The position numbers and the translations under genes are program-made. A stretch of 64,000 bases of DNA from the human T2T-CHM13v2.0 reference genome, Homo sapiens. Of the stretch, positions 29,241-41,855 are shown in pieces (within the stretch, counting starts at the first letter, position 1; each line of letters begins with the position of its first letter). The DNA is taken from assembly GCF_009914755.1 (NCBI RefSeq), contig NC_060925.1; one strand, 5' to 3'. The notes beneath the pieces were generated by a model. That model was not told the origin of the DNA. It did not search any database and was given only the letters and a program-made list of their open reading frames with translations.

Positions 29241-31102
29241 TGCAGTACAAACCTTCATTAATGAAATAAGACGAAGAAATTCAAGTTTACTGACATTTTG
29301 TACTTTCTCAAAGCAGTCAGCTAGTGCCAGGACCCAGCCCTCCAGTCACTTATTCTATGTTCCTATCTCCCCAAAACAGAATGCAGGAGGAGCCTGTGAC
29401 TTATTTCTCAAGCATTTCCCAGTAACTTGAACAATATCAGGCACATCAAAAGTACTCAGTAAAACACTTGCTAAATGTTGAAGGAATAAATAATTAAATG
29501 AATGTCAGATGGCTCCCCATGTCTCATTTATTCTGTAACTTCATTGAAATAATACTTGTTGCTGAGTGTTGAGACAAGAGTGTCAAGCTTGGTAGAAGCC
29601 CAACATCTGCTCATAGATACTAGTAATGTTGTCACATTTTTAAGTAATAGAAGAATTTCCAATTAGCTAAGGAAGTAGAAAAAGAGTGGAAATTTACAAT
29701 GAAAGGAGGTCAGTATAACATTGAAGGTAGTGCTGAAAGGAGAGGAGTGAGTTTTCTGAACATTTTGGATCCCAGAAAAGATGCTGTAACAGTTTCCATG
29801 ACCAAATATATAAATGGAATAAATTTATCAATCTGAGTATCAAGAATTCAAAAAGGAAGGCACTCAAGGCTCTCAGGGACCAAGGCCTGTCTATTGTGAC
29901 TGCTAATCCAAGTGAGTTTGGGTTAAAAGGGGTTAACAGCCCTCTGCTGTAACACATGATTGGTCTTTATGAGGTTGAAGCTCTTGTCTGTTTGAGGCCT
30001 ACAGATGATGCTAAAGAGCCAATAATGACAGCAATTCAAAGCAATCTAATTATGCAAACGGGAGGCTAAACAATTTCATCATCCTTAAATTAGATTGTCC
30101 TAATGAGATAAAGACACCAATTAATCCTGAATTAATTTCAATAGCCTATTTCAGGCAAACACTTTAATATGCAAATGTAAATGAGAAACAAAGCCTACTG
30201 TAGAATGCCAGAGTTCAGAACCTCTCTCTTCGCAGCTGCAGCGGGTGTAAATAGTGCCTAATGAGTTTGCATGGAAAGACACAACCAGCCGAAAATTTTA
30301 GACTTCATAAAGCACAGCCGGTGCCTCAGGTATACTGGATGTGGTCTGGAGCCAGACATGAAAGGAGGGGGGATTTTGCAGGAGAATGTTATGGTAAGGT
30401 AGGTGCACTTTGCTGGAGTCATACATACCATTCTCTAAGCAAAAACAAGGCAGTCCATCCAGCTCAGCGCTCAACTGTGCGATGTGTGCATGTGTGTGTT
30501 TGCATGCGTGTAATTGTGTGTGTATATATGTGTGGTGAAGGGGAGATGGAGAAGAGAAATAGTGAAGTGAGGGGAGGTAAGAGGGACGGTGTGAACACAC
30601 TTTTTAATGAGTTGATATTTAGAGAGCCAAGTTGTCATAACATACATCTGGACAGAAGTCTCTTCTGGACATAAAGTTGGTTTTTAATTAGTGACAACTT
30701 AATCATTTTAAATTAGCCATTCCCGACCCATTTAATATTTCTAAATAATTAATTTCCTAAATAAGACATGGGAACTGATTCAAAATCTTAGGAGCTTATG
30801 CTGAATTCAAAGGTCTGTGATTTTAATGATATCTGGTTGGGGGACTCTTGAATGGGCTAATTCCTTTTCTAACTACCAAAATATCCCCACAGGTAATAAG
30901 CTGGATAATAGTCTCGTCCTTCTAGAAAAGAAAGTGATAGCCGATATTGGGAGTGAATCCAAATCGAAATAAAAAGAAAGAGAATAGTACCCTTCAAGGC
31001 TGTCAACATTAACCTAAACAGTCTGGGTTCAGTTTAAGTGAATAAGAAAAATTGGTGATCAATTTCCTTATTATTATGACACTAAGGGTACAAAATAATG
31101 CC

Positions 31103-31238
31103 TGGAATTGCCGTATAAAATATAGAATACTGATGCAATATTTTGGACATACTTATGCTAAAATATAGTTGTTGTTTATCTGAAATTTAAATTTAGCTGG
31201 GTGTCCTGTATTTTTATTTGCTAAATCGAGCAATTCTA
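31103..31238. mobile_element. MER53 MITE, internally deleted
   Basis: gttgtttatctgaaatttaaatttagctgggtgtcctgtatttttatttgctaaatc; TIR-like ends ggaattgcc/gcaattcta. Confidence 0.8.
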
Positions 31239-31629
31239 ATAATGCCAGATGCATAACAGGTGTTCAATAAATATTCATTGAACAAATCAAATGAACCTGA
31301 AATCAGAGATTTGGAATGCCATTTGCAAAAAGAAAAAGGTGTATAATATATTTTGGGACGTGAGTCCCCATTTTAGGGAGTGGATCAGGACTCAGAACAA
31401 GATCCTCTTATTAAAGACAATGTACTCTCAGCCGGGATGTTCATAAAACATGACCACCTCTCTTGAGGTGCCCATCTCATTCAATCTTGACAAGGCAGAG
31501 ATTGTCCTTCAAAGATTCAGAACTGGGCCTGAGGAACTAGAATTATAAGTTTCCAGTACTTTGAGCTCTAATGTGTAAATTTGGTATTCGAAGGACAGCA
31601 GCTACTACCAGGTAGAAGGAATGAAGGAA

Positions 31630-31845
31630 TGTGCTATTATGGTTAATAGTGTTAGTCCTGGAGTCAAACAGGCCCCTTTTCAAAATTTTGCTGTATAATT
31701 TAGTCTGGAAAAATTCCTTAGCCTCTCTGAGCCTTAATTGCTTCATCTGTAAAATGGGAGCATTTCATAAGCTTTTCGTGGGCATTAAATTAGCTACCAT
31801 GTAAATGAAGCACAAAGCAGGTGTGCTCAATAACTGCTAGTAATG
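31630..31845 (+). mobile_element. MIR
   Basis: ttagcctctctgagccttaattgcttcatctgtaaaatggg core. Confidence 0.8.
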
Positions 31846-33280
31846 AGGGGAGTTTGAGTATTACAGAGTCTACAAACAGAAAAGAAGGAAACTGACTTGC
31901 AGGTGAAGCCAAAACAAAAAATGGAAAGAATGTTTCTCATATTCCTTATTATTTCTCCAATTCCATCCATATTACTGGCTTTGCGTTTCTTGACACCTTT
32001 ATTCCTCTAGCCTCCAGCTTCACTCCAATAATGGCCCCACGCTTGCCCTTTTCTTCTTGGGTTTGATTGATTCTGACTAAAGGAAAGATATTTAAAATGT
32101 CATTAGCCTTAGTGGAAATGTAGGCTAATTGTCCAAGCTAGAAGATGCCTTTCAGAAGTAAACTCCCAAGTTTTCTAAGTCTCTGTGACTAAAAGGATAA
32201 TTAGAAATATCCCATCATTGCCCAGCTTTTTTCTGAACTGCCAAAACATTTTCCTCTTTATCGTTTCTTTCACACTCCTCAGACATAAAATCTGAAAATC
32301 CTATCATCATTTTTTAAATTTCTGAGTCATTGTTAGATGGAGTGACTATATTTTACACTGCAAAAATTGTAACATGTGGTCTGACAGCATGAGTATACTT
32401 GGGGGACAACAAGGCCAGCTATTTGATATTAAAACTGTTCTGGAAAATCTGAGATATATGGGTTCTTACCTCTAGATATTTTGCTAACCTCTTTGTACGT
32501 CTGCTTAACTCTAAGCTATACTCTGGATGTCAGGTGATGAGGGTAGCACTCCCCTAGCATATCCCAGTCCTTTGCAGATCAAAGTATAGTGGTTCTCTGA
32601 ATAAATCCTGTCTACAATCCTGTCTTCAGTTTATTTCCTTTATCTGTTCAAAGGTAGAGAATTACGGATTACTTGATTTACAGATTTTTTTCCTTGCAAA
32701 ACCCACACGGGATTTAGTGGGTGTTGGTAAGAGTATTTCTCACAATCTCTTTGGTGCCTAATTTCTGTTGTATTGGTGTCTGGGGAAGTGTTGAGTTAGG
32801 GATTCCATCTTAATTAACATTCTATCACGTTCAACAAAACTTGTTAAGGCTACATCTGAGAGCTCCTTTGTCACCAGACTAGGTATCCATAATTCAAAGA
32901 TAAAGGTAAAACTCATCAAGAGTTTCAGAGTCTAGTAGAGGAGAAATCCTGTTTACAATTTCCTGCAGAACAGTGTGATGCATGTGATAATGCAGTTATG
33001 TAGGCAGGTCAAATTTAGCACAACGAAGGGCATAAGAAACTGCCTAAGAGGTATACAGAAGGCTTCTTTAGGAAAACAGTACAGTTTGTCAAGCTAGACA
33101 AAACATTTTATGACTCCCAGGTACAAGGAGTGAGGTGATATGATACATGATTATAATTTGCATCAGAAGACAAATGTCATCAATGAATAGATAAACCTAA
33201 TTACCAATTGATATTTCTGCACTTTTACAAAATCCCATGAAAAATAAGTACCTAGAGAAAAGAGATTAGTAAAGTACTCC

Positions 33281-33372
33281 TGGTCTCCTCCTCCTCTTCC
33301 TCTTTTTCCCTTTGCTCCTCCTCCCCCTCCTCCTCCTTTTCCTTCTCCTCCTCCTCCTTCCTCTTTCTTCTC
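33281..33372. repeat. (CCT)n-rich polypyrimidine tract
   Basis: Seen directly. Confidence 0.85.
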
Positions 33373-35944
33373 ATTCATCCAGTGGAAAAACTGCTTTAAT
33401 TTGGCATTTGATAAAGTTGAAAGTGTGGTTATGGGTAGAGGTTGTGAATGGCATCTATAAACAGACATTCTGTATATTTAAGAACAATACTTTTTGCATT
33501 AGAAAATAGAGCATTTGTATGAAAAATGTGCTTTGGGTTGCTGAGGGTTATACTCCTGAGTATAACATTGCGCTGTGATCGCACCATAGCCATCCTCATG
33601 TTAGTGACTTAATTGACGAACACTGTGTAGTTCTCCTATCCGTAAAAGGAGTTAATACTGGCACAAAAAGTAGTTAAAACTTAAGCTATTGGTAAAGTCA
33701 AATAAAATGAAAAACATAAAAGCAGTTTGTAAAATATAAAATGCTACCAAAAAAATGCCAGTAATTTCTTTTCCTGCATAATTATAACAAGCAAATGTAA
33801 TAGTTATTTCCTTAGAAAGGTGTCAAGGCCCCAGAGCTTAATTTTATTACTCCTAAAATGAAATCATACCAGAATCTATTTCCTTTTACATGTACGACTC
33901 ACTACCCTTGCCCCTATTGTACTTTGAACGGACTCTTGTAGAGCTTTAATGAAATGCCAGTCATATTTTAACCATGAATGTGAGATGTTATTCACAGATA
34001 ACTGTTGTGAGATAAAGTGGGATAGAGTTATGATAACATTTCAGCACATCCTGGCCAGCAGACCAGATAGACTGCTGTTTGATAAACCTAATAAAACAGT
34101 AGAGCTTATTGATATGGCTGCTCTACTCGGTTGAAGCTGCCTGAGATTGTCTGTCCTCTGGCATGGAAGCTGAAGCCAAGGTGGAATGGAGTGAAAGCCT
34201 AGGGAAGCCAGCTGTCTCAGCAGCTTACGGGGCTCTGATTACTTGATTTGACAGTGCCAGAAATTTGCTATATTTTGGTATTTATTCTGAAGATAAGAAT
34301 AGCTTCTTGATAAACGCCCTGTGTTAATAGGGGCAATTGGTGTCTTTGATTGAGCTCTGAACACTTGTTGTGATGGTCTCGGCAGGACATTACAGAAAGG
34401 GTCGCTGAGACTCTAGTCTACTCAAAACACATGTCGTATTTGTGACAGTTGGAAACATCACATAAAGATGTCTTGGCTAGCTTATTTTTATTCCTTTTTC
34501 TTCTACATAAAAGTCTTATGAATTAATTTTATATAGCCACACTAAGAAAGTATGTTAGGTTGTATTAGCACCATAGAATTAATAATAATATATGCTAGAT
34601 TGTTCATTAACACATTTGTCACCCATGAAAAGCAAATATCATCCGAACAAAGTTCAAATTACATAAACTTAATGATTTATCACCAAAAATCAATGTTTAT
34701 TTTTCTAACATTCAAACCTGGTTCTTTTCTTCTCTATATCACTAAATAGCATCATTGTCTAACTGGTCTCTCAAGCCCAAGACCCAAGTGTAACCTTTGA
34801 TTCCAATTCCTTGAATTTATATAACAAATTCATTCAAGTCCTATCTACTTCCAAAATAACACCTATAACCTATTGAGATAGTAAGAAAAATTTTGGGGTC
34901 CCAATGGATAGAAGTCCATTTTTACCATTATTTCTTAACTGAACTGAAATGGACTCTTAACTTGGTCATGCATGCTATCCTTTGTTTGTTTGTAATAGCA
35001 GCAAGGTAATTTCATTAAAACAGAAAGAGATGATCAGAAGATGTTAAAGTCCTCCAAAGGTATGCCATTAGAATAAAGTCAAAACTACTTACTTTCTCTC
35101 CCAATATAAGAAGGTGACTTAGCTTTGATAGTGATTTAGGAGAAGCACTTGACATTCTTTTATTTACGTTACTAGATAATTTCAATGAATGGAGAAGTAG
35201 ACTTGACCCATTTGATAGGAGCACTTTAAAATCAAGACTTCAAAACAGCCTTATTTTTTAAAACATCTCCATCACATGATATATACTCTTAAAGTGGTTG
35301 TGCCAAAGAATCTTGAGTTTAAAAGTCCTATTTCCTCTGTACATAGCTTCATATATTTATCCTTTCATGTTTACTAACTATATTTTTAACTTAAGTAACT
35401 TATTATTTTTAGCCATATTAACATAAGTGTTGCTTATAATTACTTGTTATTGAAAAGAAAATTCCAAAGCAGAAATTGTTCTACTTTGGGTATTATTGAA
35501 GGATAATCTTATATAGATATTTGTCTGGCCTATTTAAACCAATGAGATTTTCTAGGTTGAAACTACATTAACGCATTGAAGCATTCTATATCTTATTGAT
35601 ATAGTAATAGAAACATTTGGGTCTGAATACATGAGAAGATCATTTACCTCAGTAAACATATTTAACATCTAAAATAATTCTACCATTATGCCGAAAAAAA
35701 TGAAAGCATGACATAGAACAACTCAAGAAGATAAAGGTTCAATAGCATATCACACCATATGAATTAATTTGGAAACAATACAATTCCCAAGGAGTTGCTC
35801 TCTCTTGAAGTCAGTTGTTATTTAAAAAAGAAAAGAAAAGAAAGGAATTGGCAGGAGAAAACCACACAGCGAGTACTGAAATTATTATTAATATTTTTTT
35901 TTGTTTTACCCTTCTCTTAGCTCATCCCTAAGGGACTGAAATTA

Positions 35945-36130
35945 TTAAGTGTTTAGTTTGTACCAGGCAGTTTTAAGAACCTTGTAATAATTCTATTATA
36001 TAGGTGCTCTGATTTTTTCTAATTGTAGACTAAACAACAACAAATGAACTGAGATATTAAGTGTTTTCTCCAAGGTCACAAAGCCACACCAGATGGTCTA
36101 GCTCTAGAGCCCTCATTCTTAACCACTGTC
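35945..36130 (-). mobile_element. MIR
   Basis: gaactgagatattaagtgttttctccaaggtcaca...ctcattcttaaccact. Confidence 0.65.
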
Positions 36131-36314
36131 CCATATGGCCTGATTATGCAAAAGACTGACAGAGAAAGTAGGAGAATAAAAGAAAGGTGTTAAAATAATG
36201 AACTGACCCTATGAAAAATGGAAAGGGCTACAAAAGGGGCATCATCCCTAAGCTAAATAAAAATGTTTTGACACATTATCAGTGACTGATTGGTCCATAT
36301 TATATTGTACATTT

Positions 36315-36525
36315 TTGTGTATTTTTATTCTGATATAATTTCAAACTTGAAGAAAAATAGCAAAGTAGCAAGATGAGTATAAGGAATTTCTGTACACTCT
36401 TTAAAAAGATTCACAAATTATTTACATTATGGACAATTTGACTTATTATAATGTCTCTCTCTGTCTCTCTCTCTTTCTCATCTGTATCTATTATCTTTCT
36501 TCCTGAACCATTTAAAAATACATTA
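36315..36525 (-). mobile_element. L1MC-type 3' end fragment
   Basis: atataatttcaaacttgaagaaaaatagcaaa...tttcttcctgaaccattt. Confidence 0.6.
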
Positions 36526-36526
36526 G

Positions 36527-37545
36527 AAGTTAAGATCACCAACCAGACACAGCCAGGAGAAATATCTGTCACCAAGAGACCAGGACATTGGGAAGACTGA
36601 CACACTCTGGGCATATCTTCAGAGGAAAGGCATTGAGAGTGGACAGAGGGAGGATCCAGACACTGGGCTGAAGGGGGTGGGAGCTGGGAACCCTACAAAG
36701 GGCTACTGAGCACTGAGACTTGTTCCTGTTCCCCAGCGACTCCTAGGGAAGGGGTGAATTGAACAGGTAAGGAGTGGCCAGCTCTCACCATGAACTTTGG
36801 CAATCCAGGCAGCAGGAGACTCCACGACCCCCAAGGACACTGGAGCTGGCAGGGAGAGCTGCTTAGAGAAGTGGTAAGAGCAGAACTCCAGCCTGTATGA
36901 AGCCCATAGTGTTTGGTACAGAAATGTCTGCAGTGAGGCATGGTTAGCGATGCCCAAGGCACGGTTAGTGAACACCAAGGCTCACCATGCTCCTTTAGGA
37001 GACTTTAGCCACAGGGTGACTGTTGGACCTGGACAAACCAGGGCAGTCTTGCCCATGAGAGAGGGCCAGTCCAATCTGAGCACCCCTCAGTCTACTGGTC
37101 TCTCTTGGGGTCCCAGCCTGGCCACACTGGCTGGAGGCCCTCAGATGTCCAATCATGGTGCTTCCTGGAGACCCTCAGTATGGCTGCTTTGCTGGCAGAC
37201 CATGCCTGACTCGGAGAGCTCTAGCAGAGCAGCCCCCACCAACATGCACCACCCCACCTGGACCCTCCCCCAACCACAGCCTCCCTGTGCTACTTTGTTA
37301 GCATGCACTCGCCCACAGCCCACCCCACCATTTTGCCAGGGCACACATGGGAAGACTTTGCCTCCCCTTTCCCACTGACACAGGTGCACACATACCCTGC
37401 CATGCCACTGCTGCCAGTGTGAGCCTAACCCACCTCCCCCACACACACCCCCCACTGCCACCACTGCTGGTGCAAATGAGCACATGGATGCAAGCAGCCC
37501 CACCCCCAACATGCTAACACCACCACTAGTACAAACACGTGTATG
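36527..37545 (+). mobile_element. Isolated GC-rich L1 5'UTR (older L1PA/L1P4-era type)
   Basis: aagatcaccaaccagacacagccagg resembles the L1 start aagatggccgactagacgcagccagg; C-rich cccactgccaccactgctggtg repeats typical of these UTRs. Confidence 0.7.
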
Positions 37546-37549
37546 ACAC

Positions 37550-38545
37550 TTCTAGGTAGATATTTCATAGAAACTTCAATTTCCACAGGTACACAACTTA
37601 ATTCATCATCTTTCCTCCAAAACCTGTTCCTCTTCTTCTATGCCTTATCTCAGTGAAAAAATAACTACACGTCCAATCATGAAAATAAAAAACCTGGAAT
37701 TCATCTTAGGTTTCTCTCCTTCTCCCACTCATTCAACCCCTAAATCAAATTACTCACCAGCACCTGTAATTCTGCCAGGTAAATGCCTCTCAAATCGGTC
37801 ATTACCTCTACACTTTACTATCAAAACCTGAATTCAATCTCCCAACATATTTTTCCTTGATTGTTATTGTATTCTCCTAATAATTTTCTCTACCTTTAGT
37901 TTTACCGGTTTCCAGCACTTTCTCCACATTTTGACAAAATTGCCTTTCTAAAATGCTTATCTAGGGGAGCCATGTCACTCCTCTGCTTAAAAGTATACAG
38001 TGGTTCCCTCACAGTTTTCAGGATAGTGTTCAAATTCCTTAGCACACCACCCAAACATGAGGTCCTTCACAGTTTAGTTCAAGCCTTCCTCTTTGCACTT
38101 ATCTCCTGTGAATTTTCAACAAATGGTTTTGCTTTTATAGCAATTGTGGCCATATGTTTTATGTCTCAAGGGTCCTGCATATGCTGTAGCCTTCACAAAG
38201 AATTCCTTTGTATCGCTTACTCCCTTTAATTGTGCTAAATCCTAATAATTTTTCAAACTCAGCTCCAATGGGTTCTTATCTAGAAAGGATTTCTTACCCT
38301 TCTGCTACCCTACTTATTTAATGACACACACTCGACTTGTCTGGTCTCACATATCACCCCAGACATACTTTGATTTCCATCAAATTGTACTCAATTTATT
38401 AATTTATTTGACTATTCTATGAGACTGAAGATTGTTGAGAATAGGACTATTACATTTTCTGGATTTGTATCCCCAGTGACTAATATGATACCTGGCAAGA
38501 AATAGGTAGGAAATGAATTCTGATAAGTTAGTGAGTGAATGCATA
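37550..38545 (+). mobile_element. L2 3' portion (about 1 kb)
   Basis: catctttcctccaaaacctgttcctc, catgtcactcctctgcttaaaa, ttgtatccccagtgactaat...tgagtgaatg. Confidence 0.8.
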
Positions 38546-39167
38546 GATATTTAAATATTAATGAACACTAAAAAGATGAAATTAAAGTATTGGAAATATA
38601 GCTGGTGTTGTAGATTAATAATATTCAAAGTATTGCACGAGGAAAGGATGCCTCAGAAAAATAATCCTAAGGTTGTGCCTAGTATCCTAGCATTATGACT
38701 TGTTACAACTGAGTTTTAGAAAATGTTAGGAAAACTAAAACACACTATCTATGTTCTATCCAAGTAGAACTAGAGAGCCTGGCAAACAGTGAGTTTCAGA
38801 ATATTTGAACTCGTGTTGATTATTCAAAAAATACATAAAAACACGGATTACGCCTAAATACAGCTGGACAGATAGATTCATCATTAGCCAAAGAATTTTA
38901 CCTAATGAAGAGCCAATCCAAAGCAGGAACAAATATGTGCCTCCCTTTCTACAGTTGTGGTGCTACTAACACACAGAGAGAAAGTCCGAATGGTAGCAAA
39001 TCCACCAATGAGTATTATCAGCTAAGTTTGGCTGGTGATATCTTGAATTTGACATTCTAATGTGATATCAAGAAAAACATTAGAAAATTTAGAATTAGCA
39101 TTCAGGGAAGAAACCACAGCTGATGGCTTAGGTTTGATATTTTTTAATATATTTTTATATACCTTTA

Positions 39168-39201
<34 letters not shown>

Positions 39202-39365
39202 TATATATATAAAATATATATTATATATATAATATATATATAATATATATAAAATATATATATTATATATAATATATATATAATATATATATTTTATATA
39301 TATTATATATATATTATATATAATATATATTTTATATATATATTTTATATATATATATATATAAT
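39168..39365. repeat. (TG)n followed by about 185 bp AT-only interrupted (TA)n
   Basis: No G or C from 39181 to 39366. Confidence 0.95.
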
Positions 39366-41559
39366 AGCCAACAAATCATGTTGCTCCAATATTGTAAAGT
39401 CTTGCCATTTCCTGGCTCTATAGATATACTTGAACTTTAAATTTTAGCTTTTCCAACATTTCCTAGAAGTCAGTTGTGGCTAACCAAGCCTAAGAGTCAG
39501 AAATTATAGCACAAATGACACAAGTGAGTGTTTACTCAAATAAATAAAATCACTATGTGAATCACTACAGAAAGAGAAGAGAAAACTACTGACTAAATCT
39601 TGGAATAATCCCAATTTTGCTGGAAAAAGCACAAAAAGGAGATAGCAAAAAGAAGTGTTGGAATATTTTATTTAAGATAAAGAGTACATTATCATGAAAC
39701 ATAAAAGAATAGGAACTTCATGTAGAATGACCAAGTTTAGTTTCAGAAACTAAGGAAGTGTAGAAATTATAAACACTGAAGAAAGGTCATAGATTTCTAT
39801 AATCAGAAGATTAGTGATGACCTTCAAAAGAGCATCTTGTTCTCCTCAATTTGGCAATTGAGTTTGATTGCTAGCCAACTCAGGTGGTCATAAAAGATTT
39901 GTATGTGACCTGAAGTATCACTAAGATCAGTTGGAAAAAAGTGTTGTCAAACAGTATTACCACAAAAGGTCAATTCCTCAATGCCCTTATGCATTTTATT
40001 GTCAAGACGAAATACAGTAACTGTTGCTAATGGGCATTTGGTTTGAGCCTCCATTTCTGAATGCATTAATTTGTGACTTTTAGCTTCTTTCTCAAAGTAG
40101 CCTTTTTTAAAATTAAAGCAGATATTTTATTTTGATAAATCATTTATGCAAATAACTTTGTTGTGATATAAGAGTTGTATGGATATCAATGTTTTTAGTG
40201 CTACAGATTTGATCACTTGTTTTTGTGAGCTGAATGTAAATAAGCACTTTGTCCAAATCAACAAGTCAACATTCAGATTTTCTACTCAGTTTCAAGGGGC
40301 ACTGCATATCTCTCTGTTTCTCTACAGACAGTTACATATGTGTATCTGCATAGATGATGACGTGTGTGTGTGTACACATTAGGACTTTTACTTCAGTATG
40401 TGTTATGAGTCATCGTTTCATCTACAACAGTTGCACAGCTTTAAGGATTTTCTGGAGCTCAAACATTCTGTGTGTGTGGTAAGTGCCAATGTTTGGTTAC
40501 AAACATCTAAATCCTAAAACCTAACTGAAGTCAATAAGTATATGGTTTTGGTTTTATTTTTTAAAAAATGCTACATACTTTAACTTTGTAAAAATGACCC
40601 TTGGGAAACAGGAAATGACCCGGGAACATTTTCTTCCTCATTCCATCCCAGACGTCTCTCTAAAGTAGATTTGTAAGGCCAACTTTTTGAAACCCAGTCA
40701 TATATAGAATGCTGGAAAAAATGCATTTTCCCCTTTGAAAATGTCACAGGGCATCCAGGCAATCTCTTTTACTTTTATCTTGGCAAACAAATGTCCACTG
40801 ATCAATATAAATGAGGAAAAGGCACATAAACATCAATAGAAAATGACTTTTGTGAAGTACATTTTGATTCATGGCACGGAGTGGCCCTTACCAAGTTGTG
40901 TTCTATTATCAGCTTAAAAGAAGAAGATATCATAAAAGCGGCCTCCAGATGACTGTCATTTTCAAGTAGGGTGTTCTTAAGTTTTAGACTTCTGCCACCT
41001 CAGAGATAAATGACTGGCTTCCCTTGACTGACCCTGTCTTTAAAGAAGGAAATGCTGTCTTTACAGACACAGGAATGTATCCTGAAAAACTCTGAAAGAC
41101 ATAGCATTTAGAGACAATTTTATTTCTTTATCAACTGATAGTTCTCTATTTCACTTCTCAGGTTTTTATCACTTGCTGGCATATGTGTTGAAATGAGATC
41201 ATGAGGTCTCAGCACTCTTTTTCCTTGGCCTCTTAAAGACTTACTCTATTGAAAGTGCAATCTCGTACTTAGCGGAGGTAGCAAACATTATGATGTCGCA
41301 CCCCCAAACGGCAATACCTGACATTGTGCTTGATCAGCAGTCTGGCATTATTATTTAACAATAACATCCTATTTTCCTCACCATATTTTTAATGATAAGA
41401 GAGTGAATAGCAGTTCTGCGATATGCAACCACTGATGGGATTGTTTAGAATTTTGCCATGTAATGACAAATATTTCATGAAAATCTAGCTAAGAAAGTTG
41501 AAAAAAGTATTACCCGTTTCAGTGGCTGTCATGGGACCAAAATAACCTTAGTTATTTTA

Positions 41560-41855
41560 ATTAGTTTTGAGAGTCAGAATAAAGAATAGTTGATATCTTG
41601 ACCTGGAAAGCCAGAGTGGTTGGGTTAAACTCCTCAGTTTAACCCTAACTAGTTATGTGAACTTGGGTGAGCTCTTTAACTCTTGTGTGCCTCAGTAACC
41701 TCATACGCAAAATGAAGATAACGAGAGGACCTATTGATAATGTTGTTGTGAGAGGACCTAGTTATAAGCAGTCTGAATAGTGCTTTTAACATTTTCAGTG
41801 TTCAGTATCTGTTAGCTGTTGCATTCTTCATCCTTATTATTATTATTATTATTAT
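41560..41855 (+). mobile_element. MIR
   Basis: ctagttatgtgaacttgggtgagctctttaactcttgtgtgcctcagt core; (att)n tail. Confidence 0.75.

Noticed and set aside
30261-30674. 137-aa ORF beside the motif cluster
   Set aside because: Runs through a (TG)-rich simple repeat; no recognisable domain or exon structure
33163-33509. Gly-rich and Leu-rich ORFs
   Set aside because: Translations of the (CCT)n tract
36950-37512. 142-aa and 119-aa ORFs, considered as an ORF0-like product
   Set aside because: GC-rich L1 5'UTR yields long stop-free frames by chance; no similarity to ORF0 recognised
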